Positions 35,769 through 44,808 of a stretch of 47,139 bases of DNA are shown piece after piece. The DNA comes from an uncultured Planctomycetaceae bacterium. Lineage in GTDB: Bacteria; Planctomycetota; Planctomycetia; Pirellulales; Thermoguttaceae. A model generated the notes under the pieces. That model saw nothing but the letters and a program-made list of their open reading frames with translations, did no database searches and was not told the DNA's origin. The stretch covers positions 1-47,139 of the forward strand of contig CAZASB010000002.1 in assembly GCA_964487655.1 (NCBI GenBank). Reading direction: 5' to 3'. Both the position numbers and the translations under genes were made by a program. Every line of letters starts with the position of its first letter. Positions within the stretch are counted from its first letter, which is position 1.

Positions 35769-36641
35769 CTAGGAAACATCCTCGTTTTCGACACCGTGGA
35801 TGGCGCGCAGGAAGTGCTTGACGGAGGGGCATCGCTTGACGGGGTTGGACACGAGGCAGGAGGCAATGGCCTCGGCCAGCTTGGGATGGACGTTGGGCCG
35901 ATACTGGAAGATGTCAGCCGGCGGCTGGTCGTGCGTCATGGCCGCCATGCCGGTCGTGCCGCGGTTCCAAGGCAATTCACTCGTCAGAAGTTCAAACGCC
36001 GACACCCCGAATGCGAAGATATCGACCCGTTGGTCCGTCGGCTGCCGACGAACCAGTTCGGGAGCCATGTAGTTGGGCGTGCCGGTACGGTTTCCCGGCA
36101 TCATGAACGGCTGCGTCGCCGGCACGGTCAGGCCGAAATCGATGAGCTTGATATTCTCTCGATCCTCGCAGACCAGCAGATTCCGGGGACACACGTCGCG
36201 GTGGATGTATCCAGTCTTGTGGACCACGGCCAGCGCGTCCGCCGCCTGCCGAATGAACCGAAGGCGGCGCCCTTCGAGCATCGGGTCGCGGCTGACGAGT
36301 ACGGCGTTGAGGTTTGGCCCGTCGATGAACTCCATGACGAGATACTGCTCGTTCTTGGTCGTCAGTCCGAACTCGAACGTCCTGATGATCCGGGGATGAT
36401 CGAACTCCGTAGCGATTTCACCTTCGGTCGGCTTGACGAGGCCCTTGAATCGCGATTCAAACGCAAGGGTCTTCTCTCGGTCGAGGATCTTCAGACCGAC
36501 GATTTGGTTGGTCCGCAGGTCGCGCGCCATGTAGAACTTCGACATAGTGCCCATGGTAGCCGCGCGCAGCAGCGCGAAGCGGGACGTAACGTCCAGCTTG
36601 CCGCCCGAGAACATCGATCGAACACCGTCAAGGAAGCCCAT
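35769..36641 (-). CDS. Hanks-type protein kinase with atypical catalytic loop (HRDVCPRN)
   Basis: IVGLKIL lysine, LVMEFIDG hinge, YIHRDVCPRNLLV, IDFGL, GTPNYMAPE, DIFAFGVSAFELLT. The first ATG is at 36641. An alternative GTG at 36656 overlaps the accD stop (GTGA). Confidence 0.75.
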   Translation of the reverse strand: MGFLDGVRSMFSGGKLDVTSRFALLRAATMGTMSKFYMARDLRTNQIVGLKILDREKTLAFESRFKGLVKPTEGEIATEFDHPRIIRTFEFGLTTKNEQYLVMEFIDGPNLNAVLVSRDPMLEGRRLRFIRQAADALAVVHKTGYIHRDVCPRNLLVCEDRENIKLIDFGLTVPATQPFMMPGNRTGTPNYMAPELVRRQPTDQRVDIFAFGVSAFELLTSELPWNRGTTGMAAMTHDQPPADIFQYRPNVHPKLAEAIASCLVSNPVKRCPSVKHFLRAIHGVENEDVS

Positions 36642-36652
36642 GATAGCCACCG

Positions 36653-37501
36653 TCACTTGCCACAGTAGTCGATCGCGCGGGCGATCTCACTTTGAAGGTC
36701 CTTTCGCCGTACAATTCGGTCGACGAATCCATGCTCCAGGAGGAACTCGCTGGTTTGGAACCCCTTGGGCAATTCAATTCGGATGGTGGCCTTGATCGTG
36801 CGCGGACCGGCGAAACCGATCAGGGCCTTTGGTTCGGCAAACACCAGGTCGCCGAGAGAGGCGAAGCTGGCGGCCACGCCGCCCATGGTCGGGTTGGTCA
36901 GAACAGAAATGAACAGGCCGCCTGCCTGATCGAACCGGGCCAGCGCGGCGGAAACCTTCGCCATTTGCATCAGTGAGAACATGCCCTCGTGCATGCGAGC
37001 GCCGCCGCCCGATCCCGAAATGATGATCAATGGCAATTGCCGTTCGGTCGCGCGTTCGATGGCTCGAGTGAGTTTCTCGCCAACGACCGAACCCATGCTG
37101 CCCATAATGAAGGCGGAGTCGGTTACGGCAAACACGACCCTTCGCGCGCGAACCATGCCGGTGCCCGTCAGGGCGGCATCACGCAGACCGGTTCGTCGCT
37201 GTTCGTCGACCAAGCGTTCCCTGTAGGGCTTTTTGTCGACGAAGTCGAGGGGATCGGCCGGTTCGAGGTCGGCGTCCCATTCCTCAAAAGTGCCTTCGTC
37301 GAGTACTTGGCGAACGCGTTCCGCGGCGGGAACGTACCAATGGTAATCACATTGCGGGCAGACGCCGAGACGTCGTTCGGCCTCGCGCCGAAAGATGATC
37401 TGCTGGCAGCCGGGGCAGCGCATCCAAAGGCCTTCCGGCACACCTCGCTTCGGCCGCTTGGCCACGTTCCGCAAACTCTTCGATTCAGTATCGGACGACA
37501 T
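36653..37501 (-). CDS. accD: Acetyl-CoA carboxylase carboxyltransferase subunit beta
   Basis: Zn-ribbon [26 protein letters not shown] and carboxyltransferase core [10 protein letters not shown]...[12 protein letters not shown] at 37501, with a GTG alternative at 37510. Confidence 0.9.
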   Translation of the reverse strand: MSSDTESKSLRNVAKRPKRGVPEGLWMRCPGCQQIIFRREAERRLGVCPQCDYHWYVPAAERVRQVLDEGTFEEWDADLEPADPLDFVDKKPYRERLVDEQRRTGLRDAALTGTGMVRARRVVFAVTDSAFIMGSMGSVVGEKLTRAIERATERQLPLIIISGSGGGARMHEGMFSLMQMAKVSAALARFDQAGGLFISVLTNPTMGGVAASFASLGDLVFAEPKALIGFAGPRTIKATIRIELPKGFQTSEFLLEHGFVDRIVRRKDLQSEIARAIDYCGK

Positions 37502-37642
37502 GAGACTCACAACAGGTTAGGTTTTTGTCTGGTGTTTGACTAACGTGATCCTCCGGCATCACACGCAGCGCCGGTATCCGGGCCGATGGATACGGAACCG
37601 ATTCCTCGGAGATATTCCGGGAATCCATGATGGGACCCCATG

Positions 37643-38227
37643 CTATCCGGCGGGGACCGTCACTTTCCGGGACTCGACTTCGAGCATTTCCCATTGTCCG
37701 TGCGCCCGGGCACTCTTCCATAAATCGCCCAGGTCGCCATGGTTAATAAATCGGCGAACCAAGCTAGCCAACGGCTCGGACAGCACCAAGGCAATCGTAC
37801 CCTCACGATACTTCTTCAACAGGCGCGTCATGGCGGCGCGAACCCGCTCATCCGCGTCGCTGAGCATTTCTCCCTCCGGCGGGCAGACGTTTTCCGGCTG
37901 CTCCTGCCATTGCTTGTACACACGGGGCTGCTTCTGCCGCACCTCGTCAATTGGCATCCCCTGCCACAGTCCGTGGTTGAGATTCTGCATTCGTTCGAGC
38001 CGTTTGTACTTCACCCCGAGCCCACGGGCAATGATTTCGGCGGTTTGCCGCGCCGGCTGGCAGTTCGGCGCATAAACGACCTCGATGCCGTGTCCGGCAA
38101 TCTCCTCGACGAGCCGAGTGACCTCCTGCTCGCCCTCCTCGTTGAGCGGGATGTCCAGGGTTCCCTGGATCCGCTCTTCGCGATCGTAGTCCGTTGAACC
38201 GGGATGTATGAGCACAATGCGAAGCAT
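37643..38227 (-). CDS. Histidine-phosphatase-superfamily protein lacking both catalytic histidines
   Basis: The fold pattern of phosphoglycerate-mutase-like proteins is present (IVLIHPGSTDYDREERIQG..D.PLNEEGEQE). RHG is replaced by HPG, and the C-terminal SHG position reads SEP. The gene starts 9 nt after the rpe stop. Confidence 0.6.
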   Translation of the reverse strand: MLRIVLIHPGSTDYDREERIQGTLDIPLNEEGEQEVTRLVEEIAGHGIEVVYAPNCQPARQTAEIIARGLGVKYKRLERMQNLNHGLWQGMPIDEVRQKQPRVYKQWQEQPENVCPPEGEMLSDADERVRAAMTRLLKKYREGTIALVLSEPLASLVRRFINHGDLGDLWKSARAHGQWEMLEVESRKVTVPAG

Positions 38228-38236
38228 GGTCTTTAG

Positions 38237-38941
38237 TCAAGCCTGAGCGTTTTGATTGGCCAAGGCCGTTCGTGTCATCTGTGTTACAAACCGGCCATAG
38301 TCGTCTTGGGAAAACAAGGCGGAGCCCGCAACGAACAAACGCGCGCCGGCGGACGCACACTCGCCGACGGTCTCGAGATTCACGCCCCCGTCGATGGACA
38401 GTAGGAGGCGGTCGCCAGCAAGCTCCCGAATACGTCGAACCTTGGAGAGCACACTAGGCTGGAACACCTGTCCCCCGAACCCGGGCATCACGCTCATCAC
38501 CAGGACAAGGTCGCACTGATTCAGATAGGGTTCCACGGCGCTCACGGGAGTGGGCGGGTTCAAGCTGATGCCTGCCGCCGCACCCAACGCGTGAATCTCT
38601 TCGAGCAACGTTTCCGGTTGGGGAATCACCTCGATGTGGATAGTCAGCAGATCGGCCCCCGCCTCCCGGAATCGCTTCAAGTACTCACCCGGATTCGAGA
38701 TCATCAAATGGACGTCCAAGGGCAGATCGGTCACTCGCCGCACGGCTTCCACAATGGGGAGACCAAAGCTGATGTTCGGCACAAAGTGACCATCCATCAC
38801 GTCGAGGTGCAGGATACCGGCACCAGCGTCTTCGGCTCGTCGGATCTCCCGTTCAAGGCGGGTAAAGTCGCACGCAAGCAGCGACGGCGCTACCATCGGA
38901 CTGGAATCGAGTAATCGGTCAATCATGGATGATGCAATCAT
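38237..38941 (-). CDS. rpe: Ribulose-phosphate 3-epimerase
   Basis: PSLLACDF, HLDVMDGHFVPNISFG, DVHLM, MSVMPGFGGQ, IDGGV. The start is uncertain: ATG at 38941, 38926 or 38896. Confidence 0.85.
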   Translation of the reverse strand: MIASSMIDRLLDSSPMVAPSLLACDFTRLEREIRRAEDAGAGILHLDVMDGHFVPNISFGLPIVEAVRRVTDLPLDVHLMISNPGEYLKRFREAGADLLTIHIEVIPQPETLLEEIHALGAAAGISLNPPTPVSAVEPYLNQCDLVLVMSVMPGFGGQVFQPSVLSKVRRIRELAGDRLLLSIDGGVNLETVGECASAGARLFVAGSALFSQDDYGRFVTQMTRTALANQNAQA

Positions 38942-39090
38942 ATCAACACTATTGTAGCAAACAGAGAAAACGAAGTCTGCGCGGGATGAGGCGGAAGATG
39001 CCCTGCTTGCATTGGGTGTAACTACCCACTTACGGTGGGTTTTCGTGCGGAGAATGGTTCCGCGCAAGTGCTGCTCTGTCGGGCCACAGG

Positions 39091-42000
39091 CTACTTGATA
39101 CCCGTTGCCTCGGGCTTATTCTCCCAATTATAGGTGGCTGCGAACTCGGAGGGGGTGTGGTTCTCTTGGCCATCGGACGTTGCGACAACGTACACCAGCG
39201 TTTCCAGTCTGGAGAGATCTGCCCGATAAAACCCCTCGCTTGGACTAATTGCCAGCCAGCGACCCCCTCTCATTGGGCACAGTAAGAGCCGAGCATCACT
39301 GCTGCCCACGCCTCGCAAGGCCAGTAAGCTGCCTTCAACGGACCGGACGACCATTGTACCGTCCTGCGATATTCCGCGTAAGCTCCGACTCGTGCATGAC
39401 CCCCGCGCGGTCCCAAGGGTGTTGCCCTGCATGCCTGCTTCGCGGAGGCATCCCTCTTCGCGTGTGAGCAGTGTTGCATCGGCGGGTTTCCAATGAGCGA
39501 TGCCGCCATAGCTTCCCGACGTGAGCAGCACCGGGCCCTCGGACTCCCAGAGCATGTGCCACACACATCCGTGGCCGCTGTCCCAGTCGTGAACCAACTG
39601 CCGTCTGTCCACGTCGACCAGCCGAACACGTGCGTCCCAGGCCGAGAAGGCGAGGTAATGGCCATCGGGCGACCACGCCACGGTGCTCACGACGGAGGGG
39701 GTCTCCAGCGGAAATTGGGCCCATTCGTCTCCCGTTGCGGTGTCCCAGATACGGCAGAGGCCATGCTCTTCCGCCGTGGCCAGCCACCTTCCGCAAGGCG
39801 AGAAGGCGGTGTCCAGCACATGGCCCTTGCACGATATTTTTTTGAGAGTCTTGCCAGTCTCGGCATCCAGGACTAGCAGAGAGCCGTCGGTGTGGCCGAC
39901 GGCGAATTGCCTGCCGCCGGGCTGCCATGCCATGACCCACGCCTGGCTTTGGCTCGTACGCACGGAGAACACTTGCCGACCTTCAGCGAGGTTCCACAAG
40001 CGGCTCCAGCCGGCCGAGTCGCCCACCAGCAGTAGCGGGCCGATGGGCGACCATGCGGTGGTCGTGGTCCGCGTCGCGGCAGCCGAGCGGAAGAGTCTGG
40101 TTTCTTCCGAGCCAGGCTGGTAAGTTCGCAGTTCGCCGTTGGACATGCCGCAGTAGGCTACGGCGACGTTGCGCGACCATGCGACCGCAGTGGCAGCGTT
40201 GGGCGTCATCAAGGGGCGAGATATCTTCTTCCGCACGTCGCCATCCCATAGGACGGCGAACTCCATGCCTTGCTTGCCGCCACTGACCGCGAAAAACCAT
40301 TGCCCGTCACTCGACCAGCCGAGCCCGCTCACCGGCTGGCTTGCCGCGCTCTCTTTCCGCGGCCGGAACCCTTCGGCCCGATCCCAGATGGTGACGTGGC
40401 TCCCGCCGCCGCACGAGGCGAGCCGTGTTGCGTCGGGCGACCAGGCAAGCCGCCGAATCGGCCCTGGCTCGGCGCCGTTTAATTGCTGGAGGGGTTTCCA
40501 GTCGGGCACACTCCAGATGCGGATGGTGCTTCCTTCGTCGCCGGAGGCCACCAGGGCGCCGTTGTCAGAGAAGCGAAGCGAGGTTACGGTCGTCGCATGG
40601 CCTGCCAGGACGTCGAAAAGCTCGCGAGTGCCGGCGCGCCAAAGGCGGATTTCACCGTTCCCGTGCCCACTGGCCAGGATGCCCTCCGGCGAGCAATCCA
40701 GGCAAGTCGCTGCGTCGGTTTCGCCAAGAGTCGCCTCCCAAAGCAGCCGGCCCGTCTCCACATCCCAAACCCGGAGCGAACCGGCGGCAACGGCAATCTC
40801 CTGGCGGCAAGGGAGCCACGCAATTGCACGAATCGGATTCGGCTCCACGAACATCCACGCCAGGTCGCCCGTGCCTATTCGCACAATCCGCACGCATCCG
40901 ACCGCATCGCCGACGGCAAGCAGGCGCTGATCGGACGAAAGGGCCAAATGCGTCACGGCGGCTCGGCCCCCACGCGTTTCGAGCGTCCATCCCTTTACGC
41001 CGGGAAGCGGTGGAGGGTGTTGTATCATCGCCGACTGGTTGAGCCGGACCGCCGGGGTGTCCTGCATCGATACGAACCCGTGTTCGGTGCCCGAACGTGG
41101 CAGACCAACCGCCAGAGCGGCAACGATCGCACCGATTCCAACCGTGAAAATCGCCAGCCAAAACCAGCGGCGCAACCCTTGTCGTCGCCAGCGCACTGCC
41201 AGACGTCCGTGCGTCGGTCGGTCGTATCGGGTTGAACCGGCGGTCCAAACCGGCGTGTCGACACCAAGCGGATCGGGAGAATGCGAACGGCTCAACTGAG
41301 GCAAGCGACCAACCAGTGCCGACAAATCGGAACCGGTGGACCAAGCGCCAAGCGTCTGCTCCACCTCGGTCATATCCGCCGGCCGGTCGGCGGGACGTTT
41401 GGTCAACATGCGCCGCAGGAGCTGGACCAGACCCCGGGGCAGATCGGCTCGCAACCGGTTGATATCGAGGATCCGTTCGGTTGCGTGCGCCAGGAGCTTT
41501 CGCCCGAAGGTGTTGTGTTTGGTGTCTGCAAACGGCGCGTTTCCAGCCAGCAGATAGTAGAGCGTGCAGCCCAGGGCGTAGATGTCGGACCGCGAGTCGG
41601 CCTGACGCGGGTCTTGTCCTTGTTCGGGCGCGAGGTAGTCGGCGCTACCAAGGATTTGGTCCGTAATCGTGTGGCCCGGCTCGGTGCCGTCACCGGGGGC
41701 AAGCCGGGCGATTCCCAGGTCGAGTAGTTTGACCGTTCCCTCGTGCGTAATCATCAGATTCGACGGCTTTACATCGCGATGCACAAGACCGTTCTGATGG
41801 GCGTGGTGAAGGCCGCGAGCGGCCTGGACAACCACCTCGCACGCGTCCGAAACCCGGAGCGGACCGAGTTGGTCCACCAGTTTCCGGAGGTCGGCGCCGA
41901 CGATCAGCTCCATGACCAGGAAATGTCGGCCATTGTCCTCGCCTGCGTCGTAAGCACGAACCAGGTTCGGATGGTCCAACCGGCCGATGGCTTCCATTTC

Positions 42001-42240
42001 GTCGAGAAACCGCGCGAGGGAATCGCGACGTTCGATCCGATCGGCACAGAGCAGTTTGATGGCGGCCGGTCGTTTGAGCCGGACGTGCATGGCCCGGTAG
42101 ACCGTACCCATTCCACCGGCCCCGAGTCGTTCGAATAACTCGTACTGCCCCAAGGTTTCGGCATCCTCCAAACCCTGGTCGCGTCTGCCCGCGAGGGCGC
42201 TGGTCTGACCGGCTGACTTTGGATGGCTATCGATTGGCAT
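39091..42240 (-). CDS. Ser/Thr protein kinase with transmembrane segment and C-terminal WD40 beta-propeller(s)
   Basis: GAGGMGTVYRA, AAIKLL, HRDVKPSNLMI, DLGIAR, GSADYLAPE. TM segment WFWLAIFTVGIGAIVAALAV. Many WD-like repeats follow (LASGHGNGEIRLW, VASGDEGSTIRIW, LATAEEHGLCRIWD). The start is ATG 42240 or the upstream ATG 42312. Confidence 0.8.
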   Translation of the reverse strand: MPIDSHPKSAGQTSALAGRRDQGLEDAETLGQYELFERLGAGGMGTVYRAMHVRLKRPAAIKLLCADRIERRDSLARFLDEMEAIGRLDHPNLVRAYDAGEDNGRHFLVMELIVGADLRKLVDQLGPLRVSDACEVVVQAARGLHHAHQNGLVHRDVKPSNLMITHEGTVKLLDLGIARLAPGDGTEPGHTITDQILGSADYLAPEQGQDPRQADSRSDIYALGCTLYYLLAGNAPFADTKHNTFGRKLLAHATERILDINRLRADLPRGLVQLLRRMLTKRPADRPADMTEVEQTLGAWSTGSDLSALVGRLPQLSRSHSPDPLGVDTPVWTAGSTRYDRPTHGRLAVRWRRQGLRRWFWLAIFTVGIGAIVAALAVGLPRSGTEHGFVSMQDTPAVRLNQSAMIQHPPPLPGVKGWTLETRGGRAAVTHLALSSDQRLLAVGDAVGCVRIVRIGTGDLAWMFVEPNPIRAIAWLPCRQEIAVAAGSLRVWDVETGRLLWEATLGETDAATCLDCSPEGILASGHGNGEIRLWRAGTRELFDVLAGHATTVTSLRFSDNGALVASGDEGSTIRIWSVPDWKPLQQLNGAEPGPIRRLAWSPDATRLASCGGGSHVTIWDRAEGFRPRKESAASQPVSGLGWSSDGQWFFAVSGGKQGMEFAVLWDGDVRKKISRPLMTPNAATAVAWSRNVAVAYCGMSNGELRTYQPGSEETRLFRSAAATRTTTTAWSPIGPLLLVGDSAGWSRLWNLAEGRQVFSVRTSQSQAWVMAWQPGGRQFAVGHTDGSLLVLDAETGKTLKKISCKGHVLDTAFSPCGRWLATAEEHGLCRIWDTATGDEWAQFPLETPSVVSTVAWSPDGHYLAFSAWDARVRLVDVDRRQLVHDWDSGHGCVWHMLWESEGPVLLTSGSYGGIAHWKPADATLLTREEGCLREAGMQGNTLGTARGSCTSRSLRGISQDGTMVVRSVEGSLLALRGVGSSDARLLLCPMRGGRWLAISPSEGFYRADLSRLETLVYVVATSDGQENHTPSEFAATYNWENKPEATGIK

Positions 42241-42398
42241 GGGAAATGCTATTGCATGACTCGATTTTCCTCTGGCACGATACACTTCCTGACAGCTTAT
42301 GTCAACCTGCAAGACAGGCTAAGAAAAAGATACCCATGGCTTACCCGTGGGAGTTTCACGACACGTCGGTGCCGGTGATGAACAGACCGCAGGCCATG

Positions 42399-44771
42399 TT
42401 ACGGGCCCTTGACATAGAACAACGCCAGCCGGCCGCCGAGCGGTTCGGTCGTGGCCGTCAGATCGAGCGACTTCTGGAACTCGACCGGGGCGAGCCAGAA
42501 ATACCGCCAGGCCATCCGGCCGGCGCGCCCGCTCATGCTCGCCTGAAATTCGCCCGATTGACCGAGCAGCAGGTCGAGGTTTGGGGCCTGCCAGCCATCG
42601 CGCGGCGCGCCGTCGACGTTCAGTTCGGCAATGCCGGGCTCGTCGCCGTCGGCCTGCTCGCACGCCAGCGCCACGAGGCGCCCGGCGCCTTCGTATCGGG
42701 CTAAGGATTTGCCGCCTTCTCCAGCGGGCAGAAACACGCCGCGCAGCCGCATCATGGCGGCCACTTCCTTCAACCGCTCGCCTTCGACCGGTTCCACGCA
42801 TACTTCGAGCGCAACGTTCTCGATGGGCTGTTCACTTGCGTTGCGAAGCGCGAACGAGATGCCATTGCTGAACGGCATGGCCTGGGTCAATCCATATCCG
42901 TTCCGCGCGAAATGGACCAGGTTGTAGTAGTTTCTCGGTCCGGACAGGCTAGCAAGCCAGAAACGGACCGGGGCCGATACGGCCGGTTCCGACTGGCCGT
43001 CCACGGTTACGTCGAGCCACAGGTTGTCGTTCTTCAGAAACGCGTCGCCCATGCGTAGCCGAACGTATCGGACGATACCTGCCCCTTCCAGCGTCAGGAC
43101 CGGCTCCGCTGCCCCAGGCGCGAGGGTTGCCCCATCCGACTGGAACCGTGGCAGCACGCCCGGATTGCGGTAGTCGGCAAAGCGACCTTTCAGATGCCGG
43201 TATACGACCGAATCTGGCCAGCCGCGAGGCAAGGTATCGTCCTGACGCGAGAAGGTTAACGTCTTGTAATCCGCGGGAAACGTCACGTAGTCGATGCGGT
43301 AGGCCATCTGTCTGGCATCTCGCAGAACGATTCGCAGGCTCTTGGCGTACGGCAGGCAGGTGACGATCGGATTTCGGTACTCGCTCATCTGCGGCAGGAC
43401 GCCTAGCAGGCCGTCGGCGCCAACCTCGATGCGAGGCTGTTCCTCGCCGTCGAAGTAGAATGCCAGCTTACCCTCGGACGTATTTTGCGCAATGCGAACC
43501 ACGGCCCCGGGCCCGGTCAGCTCGGCCAACACGTATTCACCCGGTTCCTCCTGGGCAATGGTTGCGCTCACCACGCCGGAGCCGATGCCGTCGTCGCGAG
43601 CCAGCAGCCAGGGATTCATCAGACGGTCGATCACGTGGGCGGACTGTTTGGGCGGCGGTTTGCGCCAAAGGTCAAGACTCGTGCCTTCCGGCGCTTCGAG
43701 CAGGCAGATGTTTCGGAATCGAGTCCAACTGCCGTGATCCTGAAACCCGAGCCATCCACACAGATTCCGGTGCCGCAGTTCAGGGTGGTGTTCGGTGTTG
43801 TAATGCTGCACCAGTTCGCCGTTATCCCAGGCGGTAATCATATAGTCGTCGGCCTTGACGACAAGCTGATTCCACTGCTCCGACCGGTGGACATTGGCAA
43901 CGGCGGGAACGGCCCCGTAAATCGCCATGTGCCCGCCCTTGCCGAGGCCGGGGTGGCCGTTCATCTGGAGTTCCATGCCGTCGCTCGATGGCCATGCGTT
44001 ACGCGGCGTGCGGATTCCAAGGCCGGAATTGGTGCCCTTCTGCATCTGGTATTCGAGCGAGAGGGTGAAGTTGCCGAACTCCCGCTCCGTGCGGAGATAG
44101 TCGCCTGCATGTTCGGTGCGTACGATTTGGCCGTCTTCAACCCGCCATTTTTCGAGATTGCCGGGCGTCCACCAGCCTGTCAGATCGGTACCGTTGAAAA
44201 GCGGCTCGCCAGCCGGCTCGCGCACGCACATTTCAGCGAGAGTCCCATCGCCGGCGGTCAAGGCCAAGCCCAGCCCAAATCGGCGTTTCGGGTCGATGTC
44301 GACCGTCCATAGCGTGGTCTCGTCAACCGCCAGTTCGAGCTTCCCGGCAGCGCGGCGGAGCGTCGTGACGTGGCAACCGTCGGTCTTTCGTTTGACCTTG
44401 CCACCTGGGTTGACCACCGACTCGGTGTCGGTCAATGAGCCGCACTGGCCGCCCTCGCCGAGCGTGATGGCAAGCCCCGGGCCGCCTGACGCCTCGGGCA
44501 ATGTCAGCTTCCACGCGCCCTCCTCGGAAACGGTCCATTGCCAGCACAGTTCAAAATCGCCGAACACAAAACCCGACACCAGCGGCGTTGCCTTGGCCGT
44601 ACCGCCGAGCACGCCGTTGGTCATGGTCCATCCGGCAGGCTCCTGCTCGCCATATTGCCAGCCCAGAAGCGAGTCGGGCCGAAAAAGCTTCACGCCGAGC
44701 GACTCCTCCGCGGCCAAGGATGCCGCAAGACACAGAACGAAGCACGGGACCAGTGGGATAACTCGCTTCAC
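42399..44771 (-). CDS. Secreted multidomain protein: DUF1080 (3-keto-disaccharide hydrolase-like) domains plus DUF2961/GH172-like C-terminal domain
   Basis: A GTG at 44771 preceded by GGAG gives the signal peptide KRVIPLVPCFVLCLAASLAAEE. The ORF-track extension to 44939 overlaps the upstream gene. DUF1080-type segments: LFNGTDLTGWW...W.VEDG, GNFTLSLEYQ, NSGLGIR, LQMN, GWLGFQDHG. The C-terminal assignment is by resemblance only. Confidence 0.6.
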   Translation of the reverse strand: MKRVIPLVPCFVLCLAASLAAEESLGVKLFRPDSLLGWQYGEQEPAGWTMTNGVLGGTAKATPLVSGFVFGDFELCWQWTVSEEGAWKLTLPEASGGPGLAITLGEGGQCGSLTDTESVVNPGGKVKRKTDGCHVTTLRRAAGKLELAVDETTLWTVDIDPKRRFGLGLALTAGDGTLAEMCVREPAGEPLFNGTDLTGWWTPGNLEKWRVEDGQIVRTEHAGDYLRTEREFGNFTLSLEYQMQKGTNSGLGIRTPRNAWPSSDGMELQMNGHPGLGKGGHMAIYGAVPAVANVHRSEQWNQLVVKADDYMITAWDNGELVQHYNTEHHPELRHRNLCGWLGFQDHGSWTRFRNICLLEAPEGTSLDLWRKPPPKQSAHVIDRLMNPWLLARDDGIGSGVVSATIAQEEPGEYVLAELTGPGAVVRIAQNTSEGKLAFYFDGEEQPRIEVGADGLLGVLPQMSEYRNPIVTCLPYAKSLRIVLRDARQMAYRIDYVTFPADYKTLTFSRQDDTLPRGWPDSVVYRHLKGRFADYRNPGVLPRFQSDGATLAPGAAEPVLTLEGAGIVRYVRLRMGDAFLKNDNLWLDVTVDGQSEPAVSAPVRFWLASLSGPRNYYNLVHFARNGYGLTQAMPFSNGISFALRNASEQPIENVALEVCVEPVEGERLKEVAAMMRLRGVFLPAGEGGKSLARYEGAGRLVALACEQADGDEPGIAELNVDGAPRDGWQAPNLDLLLGQSGEFQASMSGRAGRMAWRYFWLAPVEFQKSLDLTATTEPLGGRLALFYVKGP

Positions 44772-44808
44772 GGTTGGCGTCTCCAAAGATGGTGTTGGCG
44801 CATGTCGC

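Noticed and set aside
39024-39046. Hairpin ACCCAC-TTACG-GTGGGT followed by TTTCG, considered as an intrinsic terminator between the WD40 kinase and rpe genes
   Set aside because: The T-tract follows the stem only on the + strand, whereas both neighbouring genes are on the minus strand. The stem is only 6 bp.
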